Below are positions 7,679-16,768 of a DNA stretch of 64,000 nucleotides, one piece after another. Every line of letters begins with the position of its first letter. The stretch's first letter is position 1. Location: NCBI GenBank assembly GCA_037142195.1, contig JBAXBA010000002.1, positions 11,005-75,004 of the forward strand. Reading direction: 5' to 3'. The notes under the pieces are model-generated. The model saw nothing but the letters and a program-made list of their open reading frames with translations. It did no database searches and was not told the DNA's origin. The translations under genes were made by a program, and so were the position numbers. Origin of the DNA: Pseudomonadota bacterium (GTDB taxonomy: Bacteria; Bdellovibrionota_B; Oligoflexia; Oligoflexales; CAIMVM01).

Positions 7679-8851
7679 TCAGAAATATTTATCAAATCCA
7701 CCTTTCCACAAGACTTCGATAAAATCTCGGTAATAGTAGTTTTCTACATCTCCATAGGGACTGAGCTTTGTGATAGTATCTCGAGATACAACTATTGCCT
7801 TTCTTATTTTTGGCTCTATTTTTAAAAGCGAGCTGATGCTTTTAAAATGCCTGCTATTGAGGCGTTCGCTTGATTTTACCTCGATAGCAAAGGTCTCACC
7901 TAAAATAAAATCTACTTCTGATCCAGATTTCGTCCTCCAATAATTCAAACTAAGATTCAATTTTCTCGTATATGAAATGTAAGCTCGGAGCTCTAGTGCA
8001 ATAAGTTGCTCAAATTGATCGCCAAATTCCTTTGATTCTAGTTCGAGTGTAGAAAAACCTGCTAGATAATAGGAGACTCCACAATCAAAAAAATAGAATT
8101 TTGCCGTTGCTACTTGCTTTCGGCTTTTTAAACTATGTGCCGGCTCAACTTCAAATGCGATTAAAGTGTCTTTAAGAATCTGAAAATACTCTTTCGCCGT
8201 TGGACCACTAACCCCAGCGTCCGATGCAAATTGGGCATAGTTGACTTGTTGTCCATTGCAGAGAGCCGCACTTTTTAAAAATCGAGAAAAGGATTGTAGC
8301 TGTCGAATCTCGGATTCTCTTTGAATTTCTTCTTTCAAATACTCGCCACAATAGGCAGCAAGCTCTTCAAGAGGTTCGTCGGATAAGAAAGTCATGGGAA
8401 GACTTCCAAACTGTAATACTCGATTCAAGTCAAAATCATTTCCAACCTCATGTATAGTCAAGGGGAAAAGTTCGGCTCTTCTTGCTCTCCCACCAAGTAA
8501 ATTAGATTGATTTTTAAATAGCTTTCGAGCACTGCTACCTGTTAATAGAAAATGAAGCTTTGAGTCGATAGAGACTAATCGATGCACCTCATTGAGAATA
8601 TCAGGGATTCTTTGTACCTCATCAATGACCACTAATTTTTTGTCCGCTATCATTTGGCTAAGGTAAGTATTGTCTTGGAGTAGCCTCTGGTAAACTCTAT
8701 CGTCCAAAAGATTTATAAGACAAAAGTCTTCACCGGCGAAACAATCTGCGATGAGCGTGGATTTGCCAGTACCTCTTGCACCAAAAAGAAAGTGGCTTCT
8801 TTTTTTCAATAGTTCAAGTAGGTTAACGGACCTTTGGAATTTTCTAGTCAT
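7679..8851 (-). CDS. COG1373/DUF4143-type AAA+ ATPase with PD-(D/E)xK-like C-terminus
   Basis: This 390-aa ORF has Walker A GARGTGKST, Walker B VVIDEVQ, TGSSARKL and the C-terminal segment GSEVDFILGETFAIEVKSS. Confidence 0.85.
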   Translation of the reverse strand: MTRKFQRSVNLLELLKKRSHFLFGARGTGKSTLIADCFAGEDFCLINLLDDRVYQRLLQDNTYLSQMIADKKLVVIDEVQRIPDILNEVHRLVSIDSKLHFLLTGSSARKLFKNQSNLLGGRARRAELFPLTIHEVGNDFDLNRVLQFGSLPMTFLSDEPLEELAAYCGEYLKEEIQRESEIRQLQSFSRFLKSAALCNGQQVNYAQFASDAGVSGPTAKEYFQILKDTLIAFEVEPAHSLKSRKQVATAKFYFFDCGVSYYLAGFSTLELESKEFGDQFEQLIALELRAYISYTRKLNLSLNYWRTKSGSEVDFILGETFAIEVKSSERLNSRHFKSISSLLKIEPKIRKAIVVSRDTITKLSPYGDVENYYYRDFIEVLWKGGFDKYF

Positions 8852-9049
8852 ATATAAACCTCTACTTTAGATTATAGGGCAAATAATAAACTTTGGGTTT
8901 ACTATTTTGCAAGATCATAAATGAGAACCTCTAATTCTTGGTTGATTATCAGGCAAGTACATGAATTTACTTAGTTTTTTATAGGCCCTGCTTTGAAGAC
9001 AATCAGTTGGGTAAAGCATGAGTAGAATCCTTATGGACTACCAAGATTT

Positions 9050-9089
9050 AAAAAGTCCCGACCTTTTTGGAGTACGGTGTAAAATAGGC
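9050..9089. repeat. Half-copy of the 62-bp palindromic element at 29606..29667
   Basis: aaaaagtcccgacctttttggagtacggtgtaaaataggc compares with aaaaagtcgcgacttttttggagtacggtgtaaaataggc at 29628..29667. It lies 213 nt upstream of the ATPase start. Confidence 0.85.
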
Positions 9090-9222
9090 GTATTGGGTTT
9101 TAAATCCCGTTAAATAAAAAGCTATTTGCGCTATATAGCGGTTCAAACCTATCGAAATCGCCACATGAAACTTATACAAACCTTTGTATGTGCTTTTTGT
9201 ACATTTCCCACTTCTTCGATGC

Positions 9223-9409
9223 TAGGGACAATGCTTCAGAGCCAATAAATACATCACACCAGAATCTATGTAGTCCGGCCATGCGGCGCCACTGAAACGA
9301 AAGTTGTTCAACTAGGCGAGAGAACTCGAAAATTAGGTTCGTCTCCGGCTTATGCATTCTTGTGCAATTAGCCTTGCCTTGTGCATTCTTGTGCAATTAG
9401 CCTTGCCTT
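9223..9409. repeat. ~190-bp repeat Q (copy 1), ending in 2 x 29-bp tandem units (9352..9380 and 9381..9409)
   Basis: It is colinear with 22311..22505 (cttcagagccaa.aaatacatcacaccagaatcta...ggcgccactgaaa...ttcgtctccggctt.tgcattcttgtgcaatt). The tandem unit is (a/g)tgcattcttgtgcaattagccttgcctt. Confidence 0.85.
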
Positions 9410-10141
9410 ACAGTCGCGCGTATCATGCAAGAACAAGCAGATGTTATAATAATCGCCGACTGCTGATTTAAACCTGATGCCGTCCGTATTTTCAGGTGCA
9501 TTTTTCCTAAGCCAATGGGCCAGTATTTGGCTTGGTGCCGGATACTTAATATCAACCCATGTACCTGCCATGCTGGACATAGGCACGAGGTTAGCTATGT
9601 TGGGGATTGCTGAGGAAAGACTTATCAAAACCGTATCTATATCAATAAGATTGAGAGCATCTGTTGTTGCGGCTTTTATTTCATAAGTGACTGCGGTTGA
9701 CTTTGCCATACCCTCATCGCCGTATTCTTTGCGAACTCCATTTAAATCCTCGCATATATAAAGAGCAGATTTCTTGCGTCCCATATTGCCAAATTCTTTT
9801 ACGGCCGTGGACGATGTTTGCGCTCCCCCAATATTGTAGCGACCACCATCACTTAAGGAGCCAGCCGTATCGAGAACATCGATAAGTCTACCAACCCTAC
9901 GATAATACGTTTGACGGAAATATTGTTTAATCCAGTCGCTTTCAAAAGTCAGAGGTTCAAGAAGTTTAAAGAGATAGTTACTCTGCGACTGATTAAGTTT
10001 TGCTTCAGACTTCGTTACTTTTTCGACTCTTGTGAGTAGGATTCTGAAATATCGATAGTCCTTAAAAATATGATCACCACTGATTCCAGCGACGATCAGG
10101 TCTTTCCCCGATATAAAAGCTTTTACAAGTTTACGAATCAT
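9368..10141 (-). CDS. RES-domain toxin
   Basis: This 257-aa ORF contains GGRYNIGGAQT ... ALYICED ... DGIRFKSAV, the R/E/S signature context. It sits immediately downstream of an Xre/DUF2384-type gene. The last ~14 codons are encoded by repeat Q. Confidence 0.75.
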   Translation of the reverse strand: MIRKLVKAFISGKDLIVAGISGDHIFKDYRYFRILLTRVEKVTKSEAKLNQSQSNYLFKLLEPLTFESDWIKQYFRQTYYRRVGRLIDVLDTAGSLSDGGRYNIGGAQTSSTAVKEFGNMGRKKSALYICEDLNGVRKEYGDEGMAKSTAVTYEIKAATTDALNLIDIDTVLISLSSAIPNIANLVPMSSMAGTWVDIKYPAPSQILAHWLRKNAPENTDGIRFKSAVGDYYNICLFLHDTRDCKARLIAQECTRQG

Positions 10142-10153
10142 AGCTCCTTATTT

Positions 10154-10552
10154 TTAAGCTGTCATTTCTTGTAGTTTAGCAATGACGCTTTCCGCTTCAC
10201 CTGCCAATGCCTTCTCAAAAGGGGAGCGGCCAAAAAAGAGATGATTAGGAGACATGACCCAAAGAATGGTTTTCTCTTTGTCACCATCATGCAATTGAAA
10301 TGCAAGGTCACTTATCATGACGAGACTAATGAGTCGTTCGCGAACCTTTTTGTCTATGATTGCTGATGGCTGATAAAGTTTAGGGCGCGAAATTTCAAGT
10401 GTCTCTGCAAGTTCTGTTAAAGGAAGACTTGTTAGTTCTGCTATCCGCTTAAACATATCTGTATTGATTTTGGTGAACGCAGAGTTTGTAGCAAACCATT
10501 TGAGATGGTCGCTGACTTGTCCCGTATGTTCGATATAACTGGCATTTCTCAT
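10154..10552 (-). CDS. Xre-type antitoxin with DUF2384-like toxin-binding C-terminus (partner of the RES toxin)
   Basis: This 132-aa ORF has the HTH-like segment LTELAETLEISRPKLYQ. Its C-terminal segment ILWVMSPNHLFFGRSPFEKALAGEAESVIAKL is typical of RES partners. Confidence 0.7.
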   Translation of the reverse strand: MRNASYIEHTGQVSDHLKWFATNSAFTKINTDMFKRIAELTSLPLTELAETLEISRPKLYQPSAIIDKKVRERLISLVMISDLAFQLHDGDKEKTILWVMSPNHLFFGRSPFEKALAGEAESVIAKLQEMTA

Positions 10553-10775
10553 GTGAACCTCTCAAAGGCAAAATCACCCTCTTATCCCACTATACTCTAA
10601 GATCGGAATAATTCTCAATAACTTAAGTAAATCTAGTTAGTTGACACTATAAGTACATATTTTTACAGAAATAAAACATTTTGTGACATCAAGGAATTAA
10701 TGACCTTTTTTGGGATCGCGCCTCAAAACCTGTTAGTTCCACTTAGACTATGCCTTAGGGCAAAACCCCTTTTTA

Positions 10776-10940
10776 CACCCATGATTTTTGAGAACTATAA
10801 AACCTTCCTTTTTGTATCCCAGAATCTATCTCTTCAAAAATAGGTAAAATATTTGGAATGCCATAGCATTAGTAGCAATCTCGTGAGAATCCACGTCCCA
10901 AAGATTTGATGATTTTTGAAGTCATGGGAGATCCCATCTT
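10776..10940 (+). repeat. IS4-type remnant, copy R2
   Basis: cacccatgatttttgaga.ct.taaaacc.tcctttttgtatcccagaatct.tctcttcaaaaa.aggtaaaatattt ... gtcccaaagatttgatgattttt is shared with R1, R4 and R5. Confidence 0.7.
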
Positions 10941-10969
10941 TACTCATTCACCAGCACTCGATCAAATGC

Positions 10970-11959
10970 TCAAGGTAAGGAGAGCCCATTAATCTTAAAT
11001 TCAAGAGTTTTGATTTGGCTCAGGAGATCGGAGAAATCAGGAATTTCGCCATAGATCATGACTTGCATTTCTCTGTAGTCTCTTTCTAGCGAAGAACGTA
11101 TGTGTTCAGGGGGCAAGAGCCGCATAGTTCCAGGTTTGGCGAGATCATATCGGGCCCAGCCGCGAGGATAAAATCGCTCTTTGGACGCGACAACAGATGC
11201 AAGTAAACTGAGATCGCTAAAAGCTGCCTCCTTTACGGGGGATTGGGCTAAACGCGCAAGATCATAGTAATGGCGCGAATAGCGATCCGGTTGAGTGTTT
11301 CCCTCTGGACGAAAGGCTTCATGGTGAAGAATAGTTGCCTTTTCCCAGAAAGTTCGTTCGGCCTTTATGCACTGCACATGGCATGTCTTCCTGTTGAATA
11401 CATTCGGGAATTCCTCAGCACAGTAAGGTGTAATTTCATATTTTTCATTTGGTGTCCATATCGCCAATGGTCCGATTTCTAATCGTATCTCAGGCCTGAT
11501 GTAAGTCTCAGCGAAAGAAGCTGGGTATTTCACAGAAATGACATTTGGGTCTTTTGGGTCAAGTTCAACCTTGACAACCGGCGCAAGGAGCTGAATACAT
11601 AACGGTAGTAGCTGGTCCCGAATATAATCCTGTGCTGCTACTTGTAACTGTTTGTTGAATTGATCCTGTTTTGTTCTTGATCTCTTTGCCTCAGGGTCTT
11701 CGTTGGTTATTTCCTTCCAATCGAGGATGAGGTCTATATCTTCAGAGAAACGCTCGATAAGTCCAAACACTTTGGAAAGTGAAGTGCCGCCCTTGAACAA
11801 GATTTTTCGTGCGAGGCTAGGATCGTCAAAGAGTTTCGCAATTGACCAGCACACCCAGAAGTCTTTTTCAGCGATGGCATTCGATAGGCCACGTCGGGTG
11901 GCGGTTTCACGAAAAAGTTCAGCACGATCTTTAGCTGGTAATGTCGCTATTTTATCCAT
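10970..11959 (-). CDS. abiEii: AbiEii-family nucleotidyltransferase toxin
   Basis: The start is taken at MDKIATLPAKDRAELF (ATG 11959), which overlaps the abiEi stop (TGATG). Family motifs are AIAEKDFWVCW and FKGGTSLSKVFGLIERFSEDIDLIL. Confidence 0.85.
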   Translation of the reverse strand: MDKIATLPAKDRAELFRETATRRGLSNAIAEKDFWVCWSIAKLFDDPSLARKILFKGGTSLSKVFGLIERFSEDIDLILDWKEITNEDPEAKRSRTKQDQFNKQLQVAAQDYIRDQLLPLCIQLLAPVVKVELDPKDPNVISVKYPASFAETYIRPEIRLEIGPLAIWTPNEKYEITPYCAEEFPNVFNRKTCHVQCIKAERTFWEKATILHHEAFRPEGNTQPDRYSRHYYDLARLAQSPVKEAAFSDLSLLASVVASKERFYPRGWARYDLAKPGTMRLLPPEHIRSSLERDYREMQVMIYGEIPDFSDLLSQIKTLEFKINGLSLP

Positions 11960-12570
11960 CAATCTCCCCCCTGGCATATCTTGACTATAGCCGCATGAAT
12001 CCATCCAGTTGTGATTTTGGTGTCAATTAAAACTTTTCTAGACAGGCGAGGATCAAGCCAGTTTCGTATGGTCTCGATGGTATTAGCGTTAATTCTATCA
12101 GAGCCAAGGGATTTTAGACCCTGAACTATGATCGAACTTTCTCTGTGGGCGAAGCCTGTTTCTTTTAAGGTCGTATGCTTGAAAACGATACTATTTTTTC
12201 CAATCTTAAACACGCGGTTTGGTCCGTCGGAAACATAGACAACCTGTCCTGGAACTTGGTCAGTAAGTCTCATAAGACTCAGTGCCGACGGGCCATTGAT
12301 TTGAATGCGCCATCCAAACTTTCGGGCAATAGCATTGGCTACTGCATCGAGATCGGGACTTAGCGGTTGTTTCAGTAATTCGCTGTATTGTGGCAAATCG
12401 TAAATGCCACGGACAACACGCCTAATGGTTCCATTTTCGGCCAGGCGATGTAGGGCGCTATCCACGCTAGATCGGATTCCGAGGTGGCCAAAGTCCTTGC
12501 TGGAGAACGCCCAAGCAAAACCTTGGGCTGATATTGACCTAACTATTCGTTTTTCTAAAGAAATATTCAT
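11959..12570 (-). CDS. abiEi: AbiEi-family (DUF6088-like) antitoxin
   Basis: The start is taken at the ATG at 12570 (MNISLEKRIVRSISAQGFAWAFSSKDF..ALHRLAENGTIRRVVRGIYDLP). The track ORF extends further upstream through non-homologous sequence. Confidence 0.8.
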   Translation of the reverse strand: MNISLEKRIVRSISAQGFAWAFSSKDFGHLGIRSSVDSALHRLAENGTIRRVVRGIYDLPQYSELLKQPLSPDLDAVANAIARKFGWRIQINGPSALSLMRLTDQVPGQVVYVSDGPNRVFKIGKNSIVFKHTTLKETGFAHRESSIIVQGLKSLGSDRINANTIETIRNWLDPRLSRKVLIDTKITTGWIHAAIVKICQGGD

Positions 12571-12700
12571 ATGTATACCACCATATCTTGCAAGAAATAT
12601 TATAACATTTTTCTTGCAACAATACAGCAAAATTGGCTCCCTTGGAGAATGCCCAAAGGAAAGACATTTGGGCGAAGACCTAAACAATCACAAAACGCAT

Positions 12701-13140
12701 TCTTTGATTTTTGTCTACTTTAAAACAATGCATTTTATATCCCAAAGCCGCCCTTTCCATAACAGGTAAAATATTTGTAAAGATATGACGCTTGTAGGGA
12801 TCTCATTTAAGCCAACTTCCATGATATTAATTAGTATTGCAATAGTGAGAGCTGAACCTTTAGTCTTTCAGTAGCATTCGATATAAAGTTACTATTTGGA
12901 CCAAACTCCGATCGTTCTCTACGCTCAGCAGTGATTTGGCATTAGCAAAATCCCTTTAATCTCAAAAAAGAACCACTATCAATGGGCATTCCCTCTCCCT
13001 CATGAAATAACTCATACTCCTTGGAATCACTCCACCCATCAGAGCAAAACCTGAAGACCTTCATCCATTGCCAGAGCTGCGGCTTTCAAAAGACTTTCCT
13101 CGTAGTTTGAAGATTGATTTCAGAATCGATAGTGTCAGCT
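12701..13140 (+). repeat. IS4-type remnant, copy R3 (diverged homologue of ~30800..31319)
   Basis: It is colinear with R5 at roughly 80% identity by eye (ttttatatcccaaa, aggtaaaatattt, aagttactatttgg, ccttggaatcactccacccatcagagcaaaacctgaa). Confidence 0.7.
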
Positions 13141-13521
13141 AGAGGGCATATAGTGGCCTTAAGTTCTGGGGGTGTCATGGAAGTGGTCCGTCAGAGCTGG
13201 CTTAGGATCTAGAAAAAGAGGAGGACATATGCCTTTTGGATCAGAAATTTTAGGCGGTATTTTAGTTGGCCTTGGCATGGCTATAACGCTCTTATATGAA
13301 AGTCAGATTTCAGGAGCGTCGGGCTATGCAGCGGCGAGCTTAAGACCAAGTCCTACCGGAAGAGCGGAGCTCTATTTTGTCGCAGGTCTCGTTTTGGCAG
13401 GGCTGATTTGGCGGTTTGCGGGAGGTCATCTGAGTGATGCTGATGAGAGTCATCTCGGAATTCCAGCCTGGATTCTTGCTGGGCTATTGGTGGGCTTTGG
13501 AGCCCGCTTAGGAGGAGGCTG
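13141..13521 (+). repeat. Near-perfect direct repeat of 31320..31699 (yeeE leader + first 98 codons)
   Basis: A base-by-base reading finds one extra G (ctggggg vs ctgggg) and two substitutions (ggaattcc/ggacttcc, ttcttgct/ttctagct) in 381 bp. Identity ends after ggaggaggctg. Confidence 0.95.
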
Positions 13522-13528
13522 TATTTAG
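13229..13528 (+). pseudogene. Truncated duplicate of the yeeE/yedE-like gene (first ~98 codons)
   Basis: It has the same RBS and ATG as 31407 (aggaggacatATG) and an identical protein up to ..GFGARLGGGC. It then diverges into I-stop instead of the conserved TSGHGVCG. Confidence 0.85.
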
Positions 13529-13574
13529 AAAATCTTCAATGATCAACAAAGCAAATCTAAACTGGCTTGCACTG

Positions 13575-15563
13575 CTAACTTATTTCGTTAATTCTAGGTA
13601 TCACTGTCTTCACAGCTGCTCCGGCTTGCAGAAGCAATCTAAGAAGCTGCGCATGCGCTATGGGTTTTGGTATGAAACTATCAGCTCCAGACTCAATTGC
13701 AAACTTGTTATCGGCAGCAACGATGCGGTTTGAATGGATACAAATAAGTGCCTTGGAGCCACGGCGCCTCAACTCGGCAACGAGTTCAAAGCCATTCAAA
13801 GACATTTTGCCCATGTCAACATCAGTGACTATGAAGTCATAGTCATGGTTTGTGATAGCTTGTAAAGCTTCAATCGAACCATCGGCCTGAGTCAATTCTA
13901 ACGCCTTACTTAGTTCCGGCGTTCTCATCATATGTGATGCAAGCGCACTTCGGTAGATGGGCTCATCGTCTACAATCAATACCCGCAAAGGACGACCGAT
14001 GGATGAATGCGCGAGCAAGACATCTTCTTCCAATGATAATTCACCCTTATCGATACTTGTTGAGGCTTGAATTTTTTCCGTAAGCAGTGTCAACTGCTTT
14101 GCTATGTCAGAACTGTGCTGCGGCAAACTTGCCGTGGTGGCATTGAGTTGGTTGGCAGTAGGCAACGTAAAGAAAAACTCAACCTTGCCCTCAGGGTGTT
14201 CTGACGTCTTACTCGATTCGCACCAAATCTTGCCACCGTGAGCATTTACTACCTTTTGTGCAATGGCCAGTCCAAGGCCTGTGCCGCCCTTTTTGCCGCT
14301 AGTAAAAAAAGTATCAAAAAGCTTAGCTAGATTTTCTTCTAGAATCACAGAGCCTTCATTACCAATACAAAAAGTAATCATTCCTTTTGATTCCAAAGTC
14401 TTAAACCACATCGATCCTTTGTACCTCATCTCCTGGAAAGCATTGTCCACGATGTTAGAGAACACGCGGCTGATTTTTTGGACATGAACGTATGCCAAGT
14501 GAGTGTGTTCAAAGTCGTAAGAGAATGAAATTTTAGCGTCAGGATAAATTCGAACAACGTCCCCAAGAGTCGATTCAATTATAGATTCAGGGCTTACTGC
14601 CTCTTGTATCAACTTAACCGAGGATGACCCAATCTCCATTACGTCAGCAAGCATACCATCAACACCAATCATAGCACTGTCAATCTGGGGAACGACGCGA
14701 GACATCACCTTTTTCACACTTTCAGGATCTTTGGCATTGCCAAGCATCGCAAGACCGATACGCAACATGGTTAAAGGCTTGCGGACGTCGTGGGCTAACA
14801 TTTGGGTGGTGCGGGCAATTGCCTCATCAGTGCGTGCTTGAAATTTAACTTCGGCCTTTTCAGCTTCGCTTAGGCGAATAGCAATTGCAAGCTCACCGAT
14901 TTCGCGAGCAAGTCTTCGAATGACTGTAACCAGGCGCATTTCTTCTGACGAGCTCGGATTCTTAGGGCTCTGTGCCGTCTTGACAGTCTCGTGATTTCTT
15001 ACAGGATCGCTAAGGATCTGATCAGCGAGAGCTTCAATAGCAGAGATAGCTCGATCCAGGTTCGAAAACTCATTTTTCATCGTGTGTCGTACTGAAATCA
15101 GTATCAAGGAACAAAGTACTAGCAAGCTAAGGCTAATCAAGCCAATAACGTGAATAGTTGGTTCCACCCAAGCAGATCTATCCACAAAAAGATGGATAAC
15201 ACCCCAGCTAGTTCCCATCTCATCAAGAACCGCTACGGTCTCATGGGGGCCTTCGGTGGCACCAATATTGCAAATTTCGACGCCTTGCTGATTATTGACC
15301 TTAACCCCAGTAAATAAACCAGTTTCCAGCGCCATACGCATTGTGTTTTTAATTGGCAAGCTATCGGATGATATTAAATGACTGACGATATTATTTGGAA
15401 GTGATGCCCGCCAGGTGACAATTTGGCGAGACTGAAACGACTGAACTGTGACCCCGATACTGAAACCAGCAATAATAATTACTAATATAGACCCTAGTAA
15501 TGCTTTAGGAGCGATGGCTCGCATTAATTTTGAATAAATGCTACTTAAGGAGTGAGAGCTCAT
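13575..15563 (-). CDS. Hybrid sensor histidine kinase (2 TM + periplasmic loop, HisKA, HATPase_c, C-terminal receiver)
   Basis: Motifs read: H-box MLAHDVRKPLTML, N-box NIVDNAFQE, G-box GGTGLGLAIAQKVVNAHGG. The receiver has VLIVDDEP ... FIVTDVDMG ... FIPKPI. Two hydrophobic segments flank a ~110-aa loop. Confidence 0.9.
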   Translation of the reverse strand: MSSHSLSSIYSKLMRAIAPKALLGSILVIIIAGFSIGVTVQSFQSRQIVTWRASLPNNIVSHLISSDSLPIKNTMRMALETGLFTGVKVNNQQGVEICNIGATEGPHETVAVLDEMGTSWGVIHLFVDRSAWVEPTIHVIGLISLSLLVLCSLILISVRHTMKNEFSNLDRAISAIEALADQILSDPVRNHETVKTAQSPKNPSSSEEMRLVTVIRRLAREIGELAIAIRLSEAEKAEVKFQARTDEAIARTTQMLAHDVRKPLTMLRIGLAMLGNAKDPESVKKVMSRVVPQIDSAMIGVDGMLADVMEIGSSSVKLIQEAVSPESIIESTLGDVVRIYPDAKISFSYDFEHTHLAYVHVQKISRVFSNIVDNAFQEMRYKGSMWFKTLESKGMITFCIGNEGSVILEENLAKLFDTFFTSGKKGGTGLGLAIAQKVVNAHGGKIWCESSKTSEHPEGKVEFFFTLPTANQLNATTASLPQHSSDIAKQLTLLTEKIQASTSIDKGELSLEEDVLLAHSSIGRPLRVLIVDDEPIYRSALASHMMRTPELSKALELTQADGSIEALQAITNHDYDFIVTDVDMGKMSLNGFELVAELRRRGSKALICIHSNRIVAADNKFAIESGADSFIPKPIAHAQLLRLLLQAGAAVKTVIPRINEIS

Positions 15564-16768
15564 AGTATACCTCTACGCCTTACCAATGCTGGAAACAATA
15601 CGAACATCTGCAAGACTCCTGCTGTTATAAAAAGTAAAGGAAGTGCGTTTAAAGAATAAGCGCCAATAACTACAAATGGAGATAAAGCCATTGCAATCCC
15701 TGATGCTACGCTGGTCATGGACACTGCCCTAACCTGTTCGCCTAGTGATGCTGCCTTTAGAATGAGGTCATCTCTTCGACTAAGAACACCTAGCTCCATG
15801 CCTATTCGCGCCAAAAGTATCATTAAAATTATGGTGACAATTTGATCCGAATCCCCAATCAGATAAAGTAGAAATCCGTTTGGAATCAAGAAAAAAGATG
15901 CAACAGCCCGAATAGATTTGATACCCCAAATATTCCTATATGCGAGGTTGGCTAAAAATATAGAGGTAGCCTCGATCGCCCAAAACGCCCCCCGGAAGGA
16001 ATCTGGCAGCACAGTAAGCGGGACAAAAAAGGAGTTGGAAGATGCAATCAGGGGGATAATAGCCACACATGCATATGACAATACGACGAATAATAGATAG
16101 ATCAGCATACTCGAGTCCGTGAATAGGCCAAATTTTTCTGCCGATTTGGAGCCGCCATCGCTCTTCGTCGCCTGGCTTCCCCAATCGCCATTCTTAAAGA
16201 ATTTGGTCTGCGGCAGCAAAATTGCGGCGACCAAATAGGTTGCTAAATCAAAGCAAAGCACGCCTTGCCATCCACCGAAGTGCTCAATGATTGGCCATGA
16301 TAGACCTGCAAGCAAAAAAGATATTGCCGCAATAGTACCGCGTAGTGCCTGCGACGATTTGAATTTATGCTCATCACTTTCAACTCGCCGAAAAATGACG
16401 GTGATAACATTGTTCAACACTACTGAAGGTATCGCTGAGGCAACTATCACAGCAACCGACAAGCCAGGTTGCTTGAACCATAGGGCTAAACCTAACAAGA
16501 CATTGCAAAGTACGCCGATAATTTGCGACCCCAATACAGAAGTCCGACCTCCTAAATGGAGCGACAAACCAGATCCAGCCAGGACCAAGGCAGACACACA
16601 AAGAGTTTTTAAACTTAATGCGATTGCCACCGCCTCAAGTCCGCCGCCTATGACCCCAACTGTTTTGAATCCTACAAAGGATGTTAAATTGGTGCCAAAA
16701 TTAGTCAATCCGAGAAGTAAAAGCATAGCCAAACGCTCATTATTTTTCACTTTATCATCCGCGTTCAT
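15560..16768 (-). CDS. MFS-type transporter
   Basis: This 402-aa ORF is almost entirely hydrophobic, with ~12 predicted helices. Its ends overlap the neighbouring genes by 4 nt and 14 nt. Confidence 0.7.
   Translation of the reverse strand: MNADDKVKNNERLAMLLLLGLTNFGTNLTSFVGFKTVGVIGGGLEAVAIALSLKTLCVSALVLAGSGLSLHLGGRTSVLGSQIIGVLCNVLLGLALWFKQPGLSVAVIVASAIPSVVLNNVITVIFRRVESDEHKFKSSQALRGTIAAISFLLAGLSWPIIEHFGGWQGVLCFDLATYLVAAILLPQTKFFKNGDWGSQATKSDGGSKSAEKFGLFTDSSMLIYLLFVVLSYACVAIIPLIASSNSFFVPLTVLPDSFRGAFWAIEATSIFLANLAYRNIWGIKSIRAVASFFLIPNGFLLYLIGDSDQIVTIILMILLARIGMELGVLSRRDDLILKAASLGEQVRAVSMTSVASGIAMALSPFVVIGAYSLNALPLLFITAGVLQMFVLFPALVRRRGIL

Noticed and set aside
9137-9152. tRNA-like T-arm (tagcggttcaaacctatcg) as a possible island integration target
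   Set aside because: The flanks do not form a T-stem, acceptor stem or anticodon arm. No cloverleaf could be built by hand anywhere in the window.
9172-9396. 74-aa ORF, and a possible IS256-type transposase tail read from repeat Q on the + strand (KYITPES..G..APLK)
   Set aside because: The ORF is only a by-product of repeat Q, and the second copy has stops in the same frame. The IS256 resemblance rests on a handful of residues and cannot be supported without a search.
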